Shown here: positions 61,424-64,000 of the stretch, in pieces
Layout of the letters: every line of letters starts with the position of its first letter
Numbering within the stretch: position 1 is the stretch's first letter
Assembly: GCA_964638815.1 (NCBI GenBank)
Contig: CAZXBB010000319.1
Coordinates: 8,164 to 72,163, forward strand
Reading direction: 5' to 3'
DNA: 64,000 bases
From: an uncultured Isosphaeraceae bacterium
GTDB taxonomy: Bacteria > Planctomycetota > Phycisphaerae > Phycisphaerales > SM1A02
The notes under the pieces: model-generated
Seen by the model: the letters and a program-made list of their open reading frames with translations, nothing else
Databases searched by the model: none
Told to the model about the DNA's origin: nothing
Translations under genes and position numbers: made by a program

Positions 61424-63109
61424 TCAGTTCCGCGTCGTGGCCCTCGCGACCTCGTGGCGAAGCTGATCGACGAGCTCCGTCAGAGCGATCGGCTCCTGTC
61501 CGTCGCCGGCCTGCACCGACTCCTTGCTCACGAGCTGCCGGCACAGACGCTGCTCCGCCGTGTGCACGGTCGAGTGATACGGGCGGCCGATCGCGCGCGC
61601 CAGCTCGGGGTAGCTGAGCGTCGTGAGCGAGCGACCGAGGTACGCGACGAGCGCCCGGGCGAGCACGACGCGGCGGTGACGCGACGTGCCCATGAGGTCG
61701 GTGCGGCCGATACCGACGCGCCGGCACACGACGTCGATGACCGTGCCGATGCGCACCGGGACCGGCGGCTGCCAGCCGTGGTCCTTGAAGAGCTGCTCGA
61801 CGAGGACGATCCCGGCTTCGTCCGCCGTTGCGCCGCCGTCGCCTCCCGACGGGCCGTCTCCGCACAGCGTCCACAGCGCGGCGAGCTTGGTCACGGCGCC
61901 CTCGAGCTCACGGACCGACGCGACACACCGTGACGCGACCGCCTCCGTGGCGGCGTCGCTGATCGGAAGGCTCCGCGCGGCCGCCAGCCGCTTCACGATC
62001 GCGATGCGCGTTTCGCGGTCGGGGCGGTCGATCTGGACCACCATCCCGGACAGGAACCGGCTGACAAGCGCCTGGCTGAAACGCTTGATGACGCGCGGGT
62101 GCTCGTCCGACGCCAGCACGATGCGCGCTCCCGTCAGGTCGATCGCGTCCAGCGTGTGCAGGAACTCGCCCTGCGTTCGCACCTTGTTCGAAAGGAAGTG
62201 CACGTCGTCGATCGCGAGGAGGTCGAGTTTCCGGACGCGACGCCGGAACGTGTCGAGGGTGTTCTTGCGGATCGAAGCGATGTACTCGTTGGTGAACTGC
62301 TCGCCCGTGACGTACCGCACGTCTTCCGGCCGGCCGGTCATGGCCTGGAACTGGCGGCAGATGCCCTGAAGCAGGTGCGTCTTCCCGAGTCCGCACTCGC
62401 CGTGTATGAAGAGCGGGCTCACGCCCTGCGCGTCCGTCGCCTCGAGCAGGCGGCACGCAGTCGAGTACGCGAGGCGGTTCGACTGGCCGACCACGAACTC
62501 GTCCAGCCGCCGCAAGGCGGCCCGGCGGACCGTGTGCCGACGGCGCGCGTCCGGCGACGCCGCGCCCGGGCCGGCTTCGGTGAGCACGCCGGCGCCGTGA
62601 TCCGCGCGCCCCGCGGCGTCGCCGCCCGGCGCGTCGGTGTCCGCAGCGACCCGCAGGTCGATCTGCGCGGGCCGTCCCAGCGAATCGGCCGCGACGCGCT
62701 CGAGATCCTCCGTGAAGTTCGACTCGATCCACTTGTAGACGTAGGCGTTGCTCGCCGTCACCTCGAGACGGGAGTCCGCCACGGCCAGGCCGGTATGCTC
62801 GAACCACATCCGGTACTTGTGATCGCCGAGGTGGGACTTGAGCGCCGTGCGGACCTTGCGGGCCTCCGGCGTCGAGTCCGGGTCACGGACGAGCCGCGGT
62901 TCGCCGTCGTGGCCGGAGGTTCGGGTCTCGTCTGCGAACGAACGTATCGGGCGTCTCGCGCCGGAGGGACTTTGCACGTGCACCGATCGATCTCCTGCGT
63001 CGGGAAACGGATCTGCATCCGGGCGCACGACATCGAGCGTCCGGAGCGATGAACCGACGCCGCCTGCGCCGGTGACATCACCGCGTCGAGAACCAGAATT
63101 GAATTGCAT
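61424..63109 (-). CDS. dnaA: chromosomal replication initiator DnaA
   Basis: From track ORF 61424..63355. ATG 63109 gives 561 aa. Domain I: ...MWFEHTGLAVADSRLEVTASNAYVYKWIESNF. AAA+: LFIHGECGLGKTHLL...LLAIDDVHF.... Domain IV: ...RRVVLARALVAYLGRSLTTLSYPELARAIGRPYHSTV. The start is uncertain. Confidence 0.9.
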   Translation of the reverse strand: MQFNSGSRRGDVTGAGGVGSSLRTLDVVRPDADPFPDAGDRSVHVQSPSGARRPIRSFADETRTSGHDGEPRLVRDPDSTPEARKVRTALKSHLGDHKYRMWFEHTGLAVADSRLEVTASNAYVYKWIESNFTEDLERVAADSLGRPAQIDLRVAADTDAPGGDAAGRADHGAGVLTEAGPGAASPDARRRHTVRRAALRRLDEFVVGQSNRLAYSTACRLLEATDAQGVSPLFIHGECGLGKTHLLQGICRQFQAMTGRPEDVRYVTGEQFTNEYIASIRKNTLDTFRRRVRKLDLLAIDDVHFLSNKVRTQGEFLHTLDAIDLTGARIVLASDEHPRVIKRFSQALVSRFLSGMVVQIDRPDRETRIAIVKRLAAARSLPISDAATEAVASRCVASVRELEGAVTKLAALWTLCGDGPSGGDGGATADEAGIVLVEQLFKDHGWQPPVPVRIGTVIDVVCRRVGIGRTDLMGTSRHRRVVLARALVAYLGRSLTTLSYPELARAIGRPYHSTVHTAEQRLCRQLVSKESVQAGDGQEPIALTELVDQLRHEVARATTRN

Positions 63110-63495
63110 CAGTGCACGACCGCGTCGGGGAGGGCCGACCCGAGCCAACACGACCACGCTTCTCCACCCTGATGGGATGATGCCGCTGATCGCCAGACGC
63201 ACGCCGAGGTCTTCGATTTCAGATCGGAACTCGCGATTGCCTGGAGATCGTCTTTCGATGAGGACGGGGTCGGAGGAGTGTGTGCCGAGTCCGCTCGTCC
63301 TTGAGCGGCAGGGAGAGAATAGCGTCAGCGTATTGCCGCACAAGCCCCGGCGCACAACTCACGCGCCCGTTGGCGCCCGAATCGCCCTTTGAGCGGAGGA
63401 TACAGGGGCGCGCAGTTTTTTTTCTGCACGCGTTTCGTGCGCGCTGGTGATGTTCGGTGGACAACCTGCGGGGTTGCGTCGCCGCAATGCGGTTC

Positions 63496-64000
63496 TTAGA
63501 CATGGGCGCGCAGCGATCTGATGAGCGCGAGCCGCCCGAGCACCGCCCGGAAGCCCTCCCCGCGGTAGAGCGCGATCGCGGGGTGATTCGATTCATCGAC
63601 CGCCAGCGTGATCGACCGCTCGGGCCGACTGTCGACGAGATGCAGGCCGTGGCGAAGCAGCTCGCGTCCCAGCCCGCGGCCGCGCGCCGCGGCGGCGAGC
63701 CCGATGTACACGAGCTCGATCGCGTCGCTGGCGGGCGACCGGCTGAGGAGCAGCGCCCCGCGCGCCTTCCCGTCGATACGCAGCATCGTCCACATCGTCG
63801 GGTCGAAGTCGCCGGTTCCCTGGTGCCCCGCGAGGATGTCCTCGGTACGGCGCAGGCCGCGCAGGCCGGGACAATCGAGCGTGTCCTCGTAGCTCGCCTC
63901 CAGCACGTCGAGCAGCTCGTCGCGCTGCGACGCGTCGTATGGCGCGACCGTGACGCCGTCCGGCCAGCGGGGAGCGGGGTGCCGTCGTCGCCCGCTCAGC
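63496..64000 (-). CDS. GNAT-family N-acetyltransferase (5' end beyond window)
   Basis: ...IELVYIGLAAAARGRGLGRELLRHGL...ITLAVDESNHPAIALYRGEGF (acetyl-CoA binding Q/RxxGxG/A). The frame stays open to the window edge. Confidence 0.8.
   Translation of the reverse strand, partial: LSGRRRHPAPRWPDGVTVAPYDASQRDELLDVLEASYEDTLDCPGLRGLRRTEDILAGHQGTGDFDPTMWTMLRIDGKARGALLLSRSPASDAIELVYIGLAAAARGRGLGRELLRHGLHLVDSRPERSITLAVDESNHPAIALYRGEGFRAVLGRLALIRSLRAHV

Overview
This is a visibly very GC-rich bacterial chromosomal segment (GC content not computed). It is essentially core genome. I found no transposase, integrase, phage gene, tRNA, rRNA or CRISPR array by eye.

Gene order:
- A partial outer-membrane beta-barrel gene, then lysS.
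- Secreted transglutaminase-like and fibro-slime/PA14-like proteins, then nnrD.
- A YhaM-like OB+HD nuclease, a GT2 glycosyltransferase and an unknown 473-aa protein.
- Two translationally coupled secreted/lipoprotein genes on the minus strand.
- A ~14.3-kb fused S10-spc-alpha ribosomal operon, rpsJ to rplQ, including secY, infA, rpoA and an rpmJ I translated by hand.
- A hybrid histidine kinase (TM-HisKA-HATPase-REC-REC-Hpt) followed by a REC-metallo-beta-lactamase-fold response regulator.
- A lipoprotein (-) and pheS.
- Two paralogous membrane proteins, the second ATGA-coupled to tyrS.
- cdaA-cdaR (-).
- An unknown protein, a lipoprotein and a TPR protein.
- A FlgN-like gene, then a cytoplasmic histidine kinase and a sigma-54 (NtrC-type) response regulator.
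- A Firmicute/spirochaete-style flagellar operon: flgB-flgC-fliE-fliF-fliG-fliH-fliI-fliJ-ylxF-like-fliK-flgD-orf-flgE-flbD.
- A DegT-family aminotransferase, a HEAT-repeat protein and dnaA (all minus strand), then a partial GNAT gene.

No recognisable defence or mobile system is present. The unusual signals are small-scale:
1. Short tandem arrays with 8-, 10-, 14/15- and 15-18-bp units sit directly against translation starts. Related 6-, 9- and 12-bp in-frame expansions occur inside unrelated proteins.
2. A 76-codon repeat ORF fills the fliG-fliH gap exactly and overlaps both neighbours.
3. lysS and the YhaM-like gene share a ~65-nt promoter-proximal module with an inverted copy. Several starts look leaderless, with a -10 element 7-9 nt from the start codon.
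4. TyrRS carries a TrpRS-type TIGN signature.
5. S14 and L36 have lost their zinc ligands.
6. A full phosphorelay ends on an MBL-fold enzyme.

Many long ORFs in the six-frame track are high-GC antisense or off-frame artefacts and were not called. All coordinates include the stop codon. Alternative starts were chosen by hand and are less certain than the gene calls themselves.
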